A stretch of 64,000 nucleotides of DNA from Thermofilaceae archaeon (GTDB taxonomy: Archaea > Thermoproteota > Thermoprotei > Thermofilales > Thermofilaceae). Position numbers and translations under genes: made by a program. Shown one piece after another: positions 1 to 10,127 of the stretch. Location: positions 320,001-384,000 of the forward strand of contig JAWCCZ010000001.1 in assembly GCA_038861545.1 (NCBI GenBank), read 5' to 3'. A model generated the notes under the pieces. That model made no database searches, had not been told where the DNA came from, and saw nothing but the letters and a program-made list of their open reading frames with translations. Within the stretch, counting starts at the first letter, position 1; every line of letters begins with the position of its first letter.

Positions 1-276
1 GCAAAACCGGAAGCTTTCGAGCTGCAGCTGAAAGCCTTAGAAAACCTTCTCGATTATGGCGTGTCCGCTCATCCAGCAGTAATGCTGTCTTTTTCGAAAG
101 CTAGAGACGTTGAACGTCTGAAGGAGAGACTCGCAGATATAGACGAAGTCCTAATCTCGGAGTTCGAGGAAGAGTACGTATTCCTATACCCGCATGTAGT
201 TAGACAGCTAAGGAAGGCGGGAGTTTGGCCTAAAGTAGCCTATTACCCGGAAAACATTCCCGAAGAGCTAGTGTAA
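1..276 (+). CDS. Radical SAM-type Fe-S protein, C-terminal part (5' end outside the window)
   Basis: Frame is open from base 1 (AKPEAFELQLKALENLLDYGVSAHPAVM...). It resembles the C-terminus of archaeal radical SAM proteins; the CxxxCxxC motif is not in the window. Confidence 0.5.
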   Translation, partial: AKPEAFELQLKALENLLDYGVSAHPAVMLSFSKARDVERLKERLADIDEVLISEFEEEYVFLYPHVVRQLRKAGVWPKVAYYPENIPEELV

Positions 277-296
277 GAAATCTCTAGGAAGGAAAA

Positions 297-1964
297 TCAG
301 TAAAGCCTGCCTGTCTTCCTTCCTAGTTCTAGAATTGAAGCCGAGCTGAAGAACCGTGAGTACACTCTGGCTAGGTTAGCGGGTTTACGCTCGCTCAGCC
401 AGAGATCCGCATAGAGGCTAGCCAGACCTATGAAATCAGCTGTTGTGGCTTTCCCCTCAACCTTCCTTAACCCTATCTCAAGGCAACGGCGGATGAATCC
501 CAAGTCAGGCGGCAGGTTGATGCCGCGAGCCTGCTCAAGCGCTTTTTCCCATTCGTTGAAGATTCCAAGATTTTTAATCTCTTCACTCGGCGAGAACAAC
601 ACTCTCTTGATATAATTAGCTACGGATCCCTTCCCGAATGCCTTTCTAACTTCTAACACCTCCCTCGGCTCACCACTGAGTGCCAGCCACTTTTCCTCCC
701 AACTCCCTTCACCTTCTGCGTACTCCATTGAAGCTAATATCAGCGGGAAGAGGAATGAGTAGAGGCATTCTTCACCGTCGTCGCCCCAGGCAGTTACCAT
801 AAAGCCTTTAACCTCTTCTTCCCTAGCAGCTGCAAGGAAGTTACGGACGTTAGTTAAAGCCGTGTCGAAATCGGGGTAATATTTGTTCCAATTCCATAGA
901 CCTGGGCAAGCGATTTGCTCGTACCCTTTCTCTTTGAATAATCTTAGCCTTTCCTTAAAGTACTCGACTGTGCCAGCGGTGTAATCCCAATTTGAAATCA
1001 ACGCGTCCTTCCATGCTCGGTTCTCAAGAATTTCTTTCCATAGGCTGCTCTCCTCTTCTCTCAAATACATGCCGGCGATCATGTCTCCCCATATTAGTGG
1101 AATTTTCTCTTTTTCCCGAACCATCTGGATAAGCTTTGAGTGGTGGTCAGCGTAGAGGCGCGGGCCCTCGAATTTCAGCGTTTTGTCAAGGCTCCTACCT
1201 CTCCCTAAAGCCCAGGTCTCATCTCCTCCTATGTGGACGTACTTTGACTCGGTTTTCTCCAAAGCTTCCGCTAGCAGGTCCTCTGCAAACCTCCTAGCTT
1301 CCGGATCACTTGCGTTAAGGCAGCCCTCTTCTGCCCTATGCCACTCGCTGAACCGCCAGTATTTAGGCAGAGTAAGTATCCATTCCATGTGTCCACAAAG
1401 CTCAAGTGAGGGGAAGACCTCGATGCCCAGTTTCTTCCCGTACTCCGTAATCTCTTTCCACTCTTCGTTAGTATATCTACCCCTTTTAGCTCCGATGTCG
1501 GGGTACTTGTCCCAGGGGAATAGATCCTCAACGTATATTGCAAAGTAATTATACTTAAGAAGGAAAAGCCAGCGTAGAAGTTTTTTCAGTTCCTCAACTG
1601 TAGCTACACCGCCCCGGGCAACATCTAAGTGAAAACCCCTAAAACCGAAGCGGAGTCTCTCATTCACTTCAACATCCGGGATATGACGGCAACCGCCCTG
1701 TAGAACAAGCTGAATTAATGATGCCTGCCAAACGGCTGCATCCCCCCATGCTTCAACATACCCTTTTCTTACGTTAATTCCACACCCTTTTCTTTCAATA
1801 ACTTTAACTTCCCATGAACCGCTTGGGATTTTGAATTCCTTTAACAAAAAGTCATCTATGTTGGAGAATCCATCGAATTCAAGCCATTTACCTCTAAACT
1901 CCAACTTTACCGGTTCGGGCACTATAACCGGCTTCATCATCTTAATTACGGCAGGGTCGTACAA
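297..1964 (-). CDS. GH20 beta-N-acetylhexosaminidase-like glycoside hydrolase
   Basis: RGFHLDVAR, PSLELCGHMEW and the catalytic HIGGDE motif. Confidence 0.85.
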   Translation of the reverse strand: MYDPAVIKMMKPVIVPEPVKLEFRGKWLEFDGFSNIDDFLLKEFKIPSGSWEVKVIERKGCGINVRKGYVEAWGDAAVWQASLIQLVLQGGCRHIPDVEVNERLRFGFRGFHLDVARGGVATVEELKKLLRWLFLLKYNYFAIYVEDLFPWDKYPDIGAKRGRYTNEEWKEITEYGKKLGIEVFPSLELCGHMEWILTLPKYWRFSEWHRAEEGCLNASDPEARRFAEDLLAEALEKTESKYVHIGGDETWALGRGRSLDKTLKFEGPRLYADHHSKLIQMVREKEKIPLIWGDMIAGMYLREEESSLWKEILENRAWKDALISNWDYTAGTVEYFKERLRLFKEKGYEQIACPGLWNWNKYYPDFDTALTNVRNFLAAAREEEVKGFMVTAWGDDGEECLYSFLFPLILASMEYAEGEGSWEEKWLALSGEPREVLEVRKAFGKGSVANYIKRVLFSPSEEIKNLGIFNEWEKALEQARGINLPPDLGFIRRCLEIGLRKVEGKATTADFIGLASLYADLWLSERKPANLARVYSRFFSSASILELGRKTGRLY

Positions 1965-2035
1965 AACTATTACCTTTATTCCATAGATTCAGCGCTTTAC
2001 TGCAGCAATCTTATAAGGACGGTACAACAGATTTC

Positions 2036-3493
2036 GTGATGCACCAGATAGTTAGTAGGCGCTGTTCAACTTCGGTTATGATTGCCGTGTTTACGTTAAC
2101 AAGCTTGCTTGCACTACCTTTCACCCTAATGCTTCCTGCAACCGCTCAACCTACGAGGTACACTTACTATGGAAAAGTACCTGAACGTTTATGGAGTTAC
2201 GCCTATACAACAAGCGGCGGTTGGCAGCTCCTCAACGGTCCCGCCTCGTTTTTCTTGCTAGCCATCGGTGCGATCGAACCGGATACGAGCATAGAAGTTA
2301 TGGATCTTAAGACAAAGCAAAGAGTTTTCCAGTACTCATTTAAAGAGTTCGAGAAGCAATACGTGATTTTAAGCAATGGCACGCTTTTCAAAGTTTCATC
2401 TAATAAACCGGTTAGCATGCTACTACTCAACCTTCAAAATCCACCCAATGCGACTACAGGCCCAGTTCCCCATGCGTTCTATCCAGCCGTCGACGGCTCA
2501 TATGTAGGTAAACACTTCGTCCTCCTCGTATCCTCGGATTTAAACCCATGGTACACAATTTTCGCGCTGGAAGATTCGGAAGTAACAGTAGCTAGAGAAG
2601 ACGGAAGCGATAAACAGACGTTCAAGTTGAAAGCAAATGAGTACAAGCGTATTCTACTCCGCTCCTGGTATATGTACGAGGTAACCTCCACGGGCTACAT
2701 CATGGTACAGTGTGGCGACCCGCACGGTTACTGGGATCCGCATGATAGCTATGCGATGCCGTCAGCTAACGGCGGCTTTCTTGGAACAGATTTCTTCTCA
2801 TACTCTGCTATGCAATGGGATCCCATGGAAGATGTAGGTTTCCGGGTATTCGCCTTAGAACCAACTAAAGTAACGGTATATGATTTGGAGAAGAAGACTG
2901 TGCTAATGGAGTTTGAAATGGACGCCTTCAACACCCACAGGTTCCAAGCCACAACCCAAGCAGTAAGAGTGAGCAGTAGCAAACCGGTTCAAGTTATGCT
3001 AATCCACGACGGTGACACGACCAAAATGGCCGGAAGGCAGGCTAACAGGGAGAACGCTTACGGCGCTGGCATAGTCATCTACAGTGTACCAGCAGGGCGA
3101 AAATCTGCAGCTTATCTACCGGTTAATTCCACGGGCGAAATTATAATTTATGCTTCCGAGGAGACTATCCTAACGATAGACGAAATCACGACGGTTAAAC
3201 TGAAGCCCGATGAATTCTACGTCTTGACACAGCCGGGCTTGCACAGCATATTTACTGATAAAAACGTTATAGTGCAAGTCAACCACTGGCCGAAATACCC
3301 GGAGTTCCAAGGGTTATGGGTTTCGGGAACTGTGATACCGGCGATTGAAACAGCGGGCTTGGTCAGCGAAATAGAGTTAAAGGAAATAGCAGGCTTCGCC
3401 ATCGATATAGAGTTAATCGCTGCTGTAGTCGCCATATTAGGCGCAATAGCTGGGTTACTGCTTATTAGGAGAAGGAAAAGCAAAGCTGTTTAA
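2036..3493 (+). CDS. Membrane-anchored cell-surface beta-rich protein (IgGFc-binding-like repeats)
   Basis: N-terminal signal peptide; internal repeats (AIEPDTSIEV / ALEDSEVTV / ALEPTKVTV; VSSNKPV / VSSSKPV); C-terminal TM helix plus RRRK. Confidence 0.55.
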   Translation: MMHQIVSRRCSTSVMIAVFTLTSLLALPFTLMLPATAQPTRYTYYGKVPERLWSYAYTTSGGWQLLNGPASFFLLAIGAIEPDTSIEVMDLKTKQRVFQYSFKEFEKQYVILSNGTLFKVSSNKPVSMLLLNLQNPPNATTGPVPHAFYPAVDGSYVGKHFVLLVSSDLNPWYTIFALEDSEVTVAREDGSDKQTFKLKANEYKRILLRSWYMYEVTSTGYIMVQCGDPHGYWDPHDSYAMPSANGGFLGTDFFSYSAMQWDPMEDVGFRVFALEPTKVTVYDLEKKTVLMEFEMDAFNTHRFQATTQAVRVSSSKPVQVMLIHDGDTTKMAGRQANRENAYGAGIVIYSVPAGRKSAAYLPVNSTGEIIIYASEETILTIDEITTVKLKPDEFYVLTQPGLHSIFTDKNVIVQVNHWPKYPEFQGLWVSGTVIPAIETAGLVSEIELKEIAGFAIDIELIAAVVAILGAIAGLLLIRRRKSKAV

Positions 3494-3534
3494 TTTTCAG
3501 GTGGATATTTAATTAAAATTTCGGTACTATTTTC

Positions 3535-4203
3535 TTATATTTTAGCAGTAGCCCAGAGAATACCGCCGATGAGATGTTTCTGGAACCACTCTTGCCTCCA
3601 GAGCCATGTAAAGTGCCCGAAAGCTGTGTAGAAAACCCTACCGCTCCCATAATTATGGCACCAGGCCAGTGCGTAATCGTTGTCAGGGCGTGTACCCTTA
3701 CTTAGATCTACGGAGGAGTTATCAAGGCTAACCAACACGTGGGTGCGCTCTCTACTCCATTCCTTGAAAGTGTAGACTTCCTCAAGAACCTCGAAGCTAG
3801 ATGGTAAGTGCCTCGTGGAAGGATGGCTTGGGTCCTCCACTTTAATTTTGACAGGTTGGGTCCATGGGTGGGCTAGGAAGTAACCTCCAATCATCTCACC
3901 GTACTCTTTAAAATTATAAAAAGTATCGGCAGCGTTGTGTACGCCAATGAAAGCCCCCCCGTTCTTAACATAGTCGATCAAGGCCAGCTTCTGCTCTTCA
4001 GCCAGCGGTAACTCGCCGCTGGTAAGGAAGATTAAAGCAGCGTAGTCTTCGAGTTTCTGGGGATCGAAATCCGAGGGCTCTTCGGTCGCTAACGCTTCAA
4101 ATTCACGGCTTCTTTCTCCCAACTTGACGAGGATTTCGATAGCTGTTGGTATATAACTGTGCCGGAAACCCGCTGAGTACACGAAAATCAATACTCTTTT
4201 CAT
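3535..4203 (-). CDS. ThuA-like (class I glutamine amidotransferase-like fold) protein
   Basis: GFRHSYIP, GGAFIGVHNA, GGYFLAHP, GRVFYTAFGH. Confidence 0.85.
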   Translation of the reverse strand: MKRVLIFVYSAGFRHSYIPTAIEILVKLGERSREFEALATEEPSDFDPQKLEDYAALIFLTSGELPLAEEQKLALIDYVKNGGAFIGVHNAADTFYNFKEYGEMIGGYFLAHPWTQPVKIKVEDPSHPSTRHLPSSFEVLEEVYTFKEWSRERTHVLVSLDNSSVDLSKGTRPDNDYALAWCHNYGSGRVFYTAFGHFTWLWRQEWFQKHLIGGILWATAKI

Positions 4204-4237
4204 GCTTCTTTTGGGATTCCGTTCAGGTATAAATCAG

Positions 4238-4801
4238 TTATCCGAGGGGCTTCTTCAGCTCATATGCTTTCCAACCAAGTTTTTCCCTGAATCTATTAAT
4301 CAGCTGGATGGACTTCTCCTTCTCCTCCTTAGGCATCTTGCTTGACTTCAGTACGCCCATGAATAAGGCGTAAAGCCTAGAGTTAATCGTGGCTTTAGAG
4401 ATGCCGTAACCCAGATCTTCCTCAAGCTCCTTAAGTATATCAGCAACCTCATCCGAGTTCGTTAACCCCTTCGACCCTATATCCTTCACCTCTCTGCCCA
4501 AGTAAAGGTACCCTTTCTCGATAACTACGGCTTTCCCGTCTTCAAAAGTAATCCTACTTTTTGCGACTCTGTCATAAAAGGCCCAAGACTCGTACGCCTG
4601 AGGCGCCATTTCTTTTAGCTTAGCAAGTACAATACGTCGGATCTCGTCAGTCGATATACATTCAAATGCTCTTTGCTCGACTTCTTTCGCTATTTCCTGA
4701 GAGATTTCAGGAGGAGCACCCGCGTTCAAGCACGACTCGTAGATCTTTTGAGGATTAAAGTCCTCAACCGCGCCGGACCTTTTCCTTACTTTTCTACTCA
4801 C
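4238..4801 (-). CDS. ATP-cone domain protein with an uncharacterised C-terminal domain
   Basis: N-terminal VRKRSGAVEDFNPQKI...ISTDEIR ATP-cone signature. Confidence 0.8.
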   Translation of the reverse strand: MSRKVRKRSGAVEDFNPQKIYESCLNAGAPPEISQEIAKEVEQRAFECISTDEIRRIVLAKLKEMAPQAYESWAFYDRVAKSRITFEDGKAVVIEKGYLYLGREVKDIGSKGLTNSDEVADILKELEEDLGYGISKATINSRLYALFMGVLKSSKMPKEEKEKSIQLINRFREKLGWKAYELKKPLG

Positions 4802-4831
4802 ATGTATCCGACCTATACTTTCGAATAAATG

Positions 4832-5596
4832 TTATGCAGAGAGGCATTCGTAGACTTTATCCTCAAGCGATTGGAACTGCGACGATCGCCTATCCCGTGG
4901 TCGCGGGATCTGAACTTCAATTATCCTAGCTATTTTAGCCGGTCGCGGTGTCAATATAACAAGCTTATCCGCCATGAATATCGCCTCATCTACACTATGA
5001 GTGACCATGATTACCGCTTTTACGGTGGTTACTCCGAGAGACCATAGGTCTAAAACCTCGGATCTTAGCGATTCAGCAGTTAATGGATCAAGGTTTGAGA
5101 ACGGTTCGTCCATCAACAGTATCGCTGGTTCAATTGCTAAAGCCCTGGCAATATTTACTCTCTGCCTCATTCCGCCGCTGAGCTCCCTTGGATAAAAATC
5201 CTCAAACCCCTGAAGGCCAACGAGCGCCAGGTACTTGCGGGCTTTCTCCCTTGCCTCATTCCATTTAATCCCGCTAGCCCTTAACGGTAAGGCAACATTA
5301 TCTAGTATGGTAGTCCAGGGAAGTAGAGTGGGGAATTGAAACACAAAACCGACTTTCATGTTTTTCTCATGAAGCACTACTTTCCCACTATCAGGTTTCT
5401 CGACGCCGGCTATTATCCTCAAAAGGGTAGTTTTACCACAACCCGAGGGTCCAAGGATTGCAATAAATTCGCTCTCAATGTCTAAGCTTACACCGTCGAG
5501 GACTCTGACCTGCCTGCTATCCTCTTGGAAAGTTTTAACCACCTCTACCAGTGAGAGCAAAGGCATGTTACTCACCTCCACCGTATCTCTTTTCAA
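4832..5596 (-). CDS. NitT/TauT-family ABC transporter ATP-binding protein
   Basis: Walker A GPSGCGKT, LSGGMRQR, LMDEPF. True start may be 5575 or 5566. Confidence 0.9.
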   Translation of the reverse strand: MKRDTVEVSNMPLLSLVEVVKTFQEDSRQVRVLDGVSLDIESEFIAILGPSGCGKTTLLRIIAGVEKPDSGKVVLHEKNMKVGFVFQFPTLLPWTTILDNVALPLRASGIKWNEAREKARKYLALVGLQGFEDFYPRELSGGMRQRVNIARALAIEPAILLMDEPFSNLDPLTAESLRSEVLDLWSLGVTTVKAVIMVTHSVDEAIFMADKLVILTPRPAKIARIIEVQIPRPRDRRSSQFQSLEDKVYECLSA

Positions 5597-7091
5597 CGTA
5601 CTGGAAAAACCTTGCCCAAATGGTCTTATTGATAACTACTATCAGCAAAGACATTGTAAGAGCATTAAGCAGTAAACCTTCAATATCTCCTCTTGCTACC
5701 TGCTTATTGAGCAGGGATCCCGCACCTCCAAGGTCAATCCTAACGTGGTCTAATTCTGCATACTCGGCCACAATTATAGAGTTCCACGCGCCACCCCAGG
5801 TGCTTAAAGCTCCAGCAGCCAGCGAGGGTAGTATCGAGGGTAGGAACATCGAGTGCACGTACAAGAGACCTCGAAGGTCGTATATGTCAGCCATTTCTTC
5901 AAGGTCCCTGCGTATACCACCCAGCCCGTAAATTAAAACGTTAAAGTAAAGGTACCACAGAGAACCCTGCAGCATTACCACTGTGGCCACAACGTATGGT
6001 CCAAGAGCATGACTTATCGCAATAGCCGATAAGAGCGGCCACCATATTACCGCCGGTATAGAAGCTAGTATTTCCCCTATTAGAACGATACCTTTTCCAG
6101 CTACAACGTGCCTGTGAGAAACGTAGGCTAACGCGACGACTAGGATGAAACTTAACAGAAGGATGAACGTCACGCGTAGAGTGCTCACAGGTAAAACACC
6201 CAGTATAGCGATCGCGTTTGAGGTTAATTTATCGAGTGTGAGAAGCTTAACAGAAGCCGCGCGAGCTAGCAGCGTTATTGCCATGATAAAAAAAGTAATC
6301 GCTGCGAGCGCCTTAGCCGCCGTTTTAGGCATCCGAATGTATTTTTCGATACTCAGAGTTAGATCTTCTAACTTCATCCATAACCTGTTAACTACGTAGG
6401 TAGCGATTGAGTAAGTAGCAAGAATTCCAGGAAGTTGCCGTTTCGAAGCTACGGTATAAGCGGGATTCCAGATGAGGAAGTAGGTTGCACTAATCACGAG
6501 TAGCAACGCAGCTACACCTGAATAAAAGCTAGCATAATCGCCCGCCTCGTACATTTCGATAACGAAGGTCCCTAGACCTTTAAGCCTGTATTCAGCAGTG
6601 CCGAGGGATATCAGTTCCGAGGACGTAAGGAAAAACCAACCATTAGACCAAGATACAAGGCTGTTAGCCACAAGCGCGTTACTTGCAGCCGGAACGTATA
6701 TATGGAAAAACCTTGCAGAAGCACGGAACCTGAATACATCAGCTAAATCGAAAAAAGTGGGATTCATAGTTTTAACTGACGTGTAGACCCCAAATATCAT
6801 ATTCCAGAGGAGGCTGGTCATAATGAGGAAAATAGCCGCCACTTCGGGTCCGATACTGCCGGGGAACATGGTGACGAAGAAGGAGAGAGCCGCCGGGAAA
6901 AAGCCCAGGATAGGTATCGATTGGAGGATATCCAGAACCGGTAGTAGAAAGTGTTCGAGCAACTTACTCCTAGCCATAGCCACACCGATGAGCAAAGCTA
7001 CTACAAGCGATGCGACATAAGCAGTGAACATCCTAGCTATGCTTGCCGCAGCGCATTCTAAAAGATAGAAAATAGGGATCATAGCAACCAC
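5568..7091 (-). CDS. NitT/TauT-family ABC permease with duplicated permease domain
   Basis: LDILQSIPILGFFP and ILASIPAVIWWP repeats; about 12 TM helices; adjoins the ATPase. Confidence 0.85.
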   Translation of the reverse strand: MVAMIPIFYLLECAAASIARMFTAYVASLVVALLIGVAMARSKLLEHFLLPVLDILQSIPILGFFPAALSFFVTMFPGSIGPEVAAIFLIMTSLLWNMIFGVYTSVKTMNPTFFDLADVFRFRASARFFHIYVPAASNALVANSLVSWSNGWFFLTSSELISLGTAEYRLKGLGTFVIEMYEAGDYASFYSGVAALLLVISATYFLIWNPAYTVASKRQLPGILATYSIATYVVNRLWMKLEDLTLSIEKYIRMPKTAAKALAAITFFIMAITLLARAASVKLLTLDKLTSNAIAILGVLPVSTLRVTFILLLSFILVVALAYVSHRHVVAGKGIVLIGEILASIPAVIWWPLLSAIAISHALGPYVVATVVMLQGSLWYLYFNVLIYGLGGIRRDLEEMADIYDLRGLLYVHSMFLPSILPSLAAGALSTWGGAWNSIIVAEYAELDHVRIDLGGAGSLLNKQVARGDIEGLLLNALTMSLLIVVINKTIWARFFQYVEKRYGGGE

Positions 7092-7147
7092 CGCTAGCCC
7101 CTACCAGAAAACCTTAAGAATATTGCTACTTAATACTACAAAATAGG

Positions 7148-7654
7148 GTGAGAGGTAAGTTGGACCAAAGCGATGATAGTAGGAAGCGGCTCATCCTTCC
7201 ACCTGATGTAACGGTTGATCACGTGCTGGGTCTCGTAGAGCTGCTAAATAGCCTAGGTAATAAAACAGACTCGATGTACATTGGCGATGCGATAAACGAG
7301 AACATAGGTATACTGCCTCATGCGATCGACGTAGCGGAAGTGTTAGGCCTGGTTGAGTCACGCGGAGGCGACTTGACATTAACGGAGCTTGGCAGACGTG
7401 TAGTCAAAGGAAACCCTAAAGCCGTGAAAAACCTTTTGAAGAAAGAAGTTCGGAAACTCGAACCCATCGCCGAGCTTATGTCTAGGTTAAAGGAAAGCGG
7501 TAAAATTACTGTGGAGGAATTCGACGAGCTGATTATGAAACACTATCCCGGCAACTTCGAGATGGCTAAGCATAACGTGCTCCAGTGGGGGGCTTTCCTA
7601 AACCTCTTTAAAATGAGCGAAGACGACACGGAGATAGTCCTTCTATACAAGTAA
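7148..7654 (+). CDS. Stand-alone AAA-associated (AAA_assoc_C-like, winged-helix) protein of NitT/TauT ABC systems
   Basis: GLVELL...ILPHAIDVAEVLGLVE...LTLTELG...LQWG pattern; divergent from the permease. Confidence 0.7.
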   Translation: MRGKLDQSDDSRKRLILPPDVTVDHVLGLVELLNSLGNKTDSMYIGDAINENIGILPHAIDVAEVLGLVESRGGDLTLTELGRRVVKGNPKAVKNLLKKEVRKLEPIAELMSRLKESGKITVEEFDELIMKHYPGNFEMAKHNVLQWGAFLNLFKMSEDDTEIVLLYK

Positions 7655-7674
7655 CTGTTTAGCTACACGATTAA

Positions 7675-7724
7675 CTAGCTAATAGCTAGCATAACATGCA
7701 GCTGAGGTATACTATTCAGCTGCA
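7675..7724. repeat. Two adjacent perfect inverted repeats (possible terminator or operator)
   Basis: CTAGCTA-A-TAGCTAG (7675-7689) and TGCAGCTGA-N10-TCAGCTGCA (7697-7724). Confidence 0.55.
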
Positions 7725-8007
7725 GCGAAGTTCTAATAACGCACCAGTATTGTAGGATTGCTCCTGTACATCAAAAATTGCTTTATAATATTCTTAGGTT
7801 ATTTTTATCTTGAACTAAGAAACTAAGCATAATTTCAGAAATAATATAATTACTTTCATTTTAACAAGGGATTTGTAGTCTTTACGAACGCTGAAAAGTT
7901 AAAGGAAAACTGGTTATGGCGGATTAAACTAAAAAGTGTTATAATGCTCAAGTAATGGGTAAGAAAAACCTTTATATAAAGTAGCCTAGACTAAAAAAGA
8001 GGAGGGA

Positions 8008-8397
8008 ATGCTGAGTGAAACAGGTATTGAAGAAGAATTGGCTAAATTATTCACATCCTTAGGCTATTCATTTACAAAAGAAGGAGTTTCGGAGGGTGCG
8101 AGCGGATACAAGCACCTTTTTGATTTCCTGTTGCAGAAAGGAAACCAAACAATATATCTCGACTTTGCTTCCGATGTTTCCTCGCTGATAGCTTCTCTCG
8201 CCAAGTCCATCGATATAAAAGGTAACAAAATTATAATAGCTGTCAAGAAGCATGAGGCTCTTACGGAGTTTCTTCTAGTTACTAGAAAAGCTGAACTATT
8301 AACTTCTCAACCCAAGATAAGAGAGCCGATTGTAATCATGTACGAAAACGCAGATGAACTACTAAATAAGCTAAGGTTTTTACTGAGTCAGTTATAG
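8008..8397 (+). CDS. Small restriction-endonuclease-fold (Mrr/PD-(D/E)xK-like) protein, possibly inactive
   Basis: EEELAKLFTSLGY...GASGYKHLFDF pattern with no clear (D/E)xK; GGAGG Shine-Dalgarno upstream. Confidence 0.5.
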   Translation: MLSETGIEEELAKLFTSLGYSFTKEGVSEGASGYKHLFDFLLQKGNQTIYLDFASDVSSLIASLAKSIDIKGNKIIIAVKKHEALTEFLLVTRKAELLTSQPKIREPIVIMYENADELLNKLRFLLSQL

Positions 8398-8955
8398 GAA
8401 AGCATTAAATAGGGAGAGTAGGCCTAAAGCTATGAATACTACGCCTGCCGCGCCTTCTATTTTATAGGCTGGCAAACTCCTTTTCAGGATTGTTCCTAGG
8501 TAAGTTGCCGTACCCATAAGCATCACTGCAGCTAATACTACTCCCACCACCACTTCTAGTAAAGCCCCTGTCGAAGTAGCTACAGCTAAAGTCGCTAGGT
8601 TTGTCTTGTCCCCTAGCTCTAGAAGGAATATTGTTGAAAAAGTACTTAAGAAACCGCCTTTGCTGCAACCTCTCCATCGTTCTCCACGCTTAACTAGCGT
8701 GGCGACCCCGGCAGCCAGAAAAATTACTCCCGCCAGCAACGCCGCGACTCGTGGTTGGAAGTACTCGTAGATTAAAATTCCAGCGGGGATCGCTAGCAGA
8801 TTTGCGAGCATGAAGCCTAACATACTTCCAATGAAGCAGTGGATAAAGTTGTTCTTTGTGGAAAGCGCCAATGTGGCCACCTGTGTTTTATCTCCAAGCT
8901 CTGCAATAAGCAAGGTGACAAAGGTCGTCAGTGTCGCTGCAACGTCGAATTCCAT
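8392..8955 (-). CDS. GDT1/TMEM165 (UPF0016) Ca2+/Mn2+ transporter
   Basis: Two ELGDKT motifs; start moved to ATG 8955. Confidence 0.9.
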   Translation of the reverse strand: MEFDVAATLTTFVTLLIAELGDKTQVATLALSTKNNFIHCFIGSMLGFMLANLLAIPAGILIYEYFQPRVAALLAGVIFLAAGVATLVKRGERWRGCSKGGFLSTFSTIFLLELGDKTNLATLAVATSTGALLEVVVGVVLAAVMLMGTATYLGTILKRSLPAYKIEGAAGVVFIALGLLSLFNAFL

Positions 8956-9015
8956 CGCGGCAGTTTGCATGCTAGCCCTTAAATACCTCACCTCTATAAC
9001 CAGCCGGGGAACCAA

Positions 9016-9774
9016 ATGAAAATAGGGCTTCAGCTTTTCTCAATTCGCGAAGCGTGTGCGCGCGACCTTCCCGGGACCCTTGAAGCCGTGGCTGAAATGG
9101 GTTACGAGGGAGTAGAGTTCGCCGGCTATTACGGAAGAAGCGCTTCAGAACTCCGCGAGCTTCTTGATAAATTCGGATTGGAGCCGGCAGGTACCCATAT
9201 AGGCATCGATGTCCTTAAGGACGAGAAACTCGATGAAACACTCAAGTTTCACAGTGAACTGGGTTTAAAATACCTTATCGTCCCGTGGATGCCGGAGGAT
9301 ATGCGCAACAGCAGGAATGCGTGGCTTAAGTCCGCTCGTTTCTTCAACCTAGTTTCAGGGCGGATTAAGAAGGAAGGCTTCCTTATCGGGTACCACAATC
9401 ACACAGAAGAATTTAAGCGATATGACGGTGAAACCGGATGGGAAATATTTGCCAAGGCAACTGTACCGGACGTTGTTTTACAGCTAGATGTTGGGAACGC
9501 AATGCATGGCGGGGCCTCTATGGATGATGTGTTGGGGTATATCAGAAGGTTCCCAGGGCGCAGCGGTACGATACACCTAAAGGAATTTTCTCGGAAAGAC
9601 CCTCAAGCGATACTTGGAGAGGGGGAGGTTCGTTGGAGGGACTTGCTTGAGGCATGCGTTAAGATAGGAGGTACAGAGTGGTTCATCGTTGAGCAAGAGA
9701 GCTACAAGTACCCTCCTCTAGAGTGTGTAAAGTTATGCTTGAGGAATCTCAAGCAGATACTAGAAACCCTTTAA
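9016..9774 (+). CDS. Sugar phosphate isomerase/epimerase (xylose isomerase-like TIM barrel)
   Basis: IGLQLFSIR, GYEGVEFAG, YHNHTEEF, LDVG, IHLKE, IVEQE. Confidence 0.85.
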   Translation: MKIGLQLFSIREACARDLPGTLEAVAEMGYEGVEFAGYYGRSASELRELLDKFGLEPAGTHIGIDVLKDEKLDETLKFHSELGLKYLIVPWMPEDMRNSRNAWLKSARFFNLVSGRIKKEGFLIGYHNHTEEFKRYDGETGWEIFAKATVPDVVLQLDVGNAMHGGASMDDVLGYIRRFPGRSGTIHLKEFSRKDPQAILGEGEVRWRDLLEACVKIGGTEWFIVEQESYKYPPLECVKLCLRNLKQILETL

Positions 9775-9805
9775 GGGTAAGCTTTTTTCGTTTTAAATAA
9801 GCTAG

Positions 9806-10096
9806 ATGGACGATATGCCGAGCATGGTTCGAGCTCACTTATTTATCAAAGGTTTTGTTCAAGGTGTCGGTTTCAGATGGTGGATGCAGAGCAATGCTAG
9901 ACGTCTTGGGGTTCGCGGGTGGGTTCGCAACTTATCGGATGGCCGTGTCGAAGCTGTGCTAGAAGGTTCCGAAGACAAAGTAAAGGAGCTAATAGCTCTG
10001 GTTCACCGGGGTCCTTCAAACGCGTACGTCGAAAACGTTGAGGTATTATGGGAGGAATATAGAGATGAGTTTAACGACTTTAGTATTCACTGGTGA
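9806..10096 (+). CDS. acyP: Acylphosphatase
   Basis: GFVQGVGFR and [12 protein letters not shown] signatures. Confidence 0.95.
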   Translation: MDDMPSMVRAHLFIKGFVQGVGFRWWMQSNARRLGVRGWVRNLSDGRVEAVLEGSEDKVKELIALVHRGPSNAYVENVEVLWEEYRDEFNDFSIHW

Positions 10097-10127
10097 TGAG
10101 AAGCGGCTTTGAGGTGGTTTCACGATA

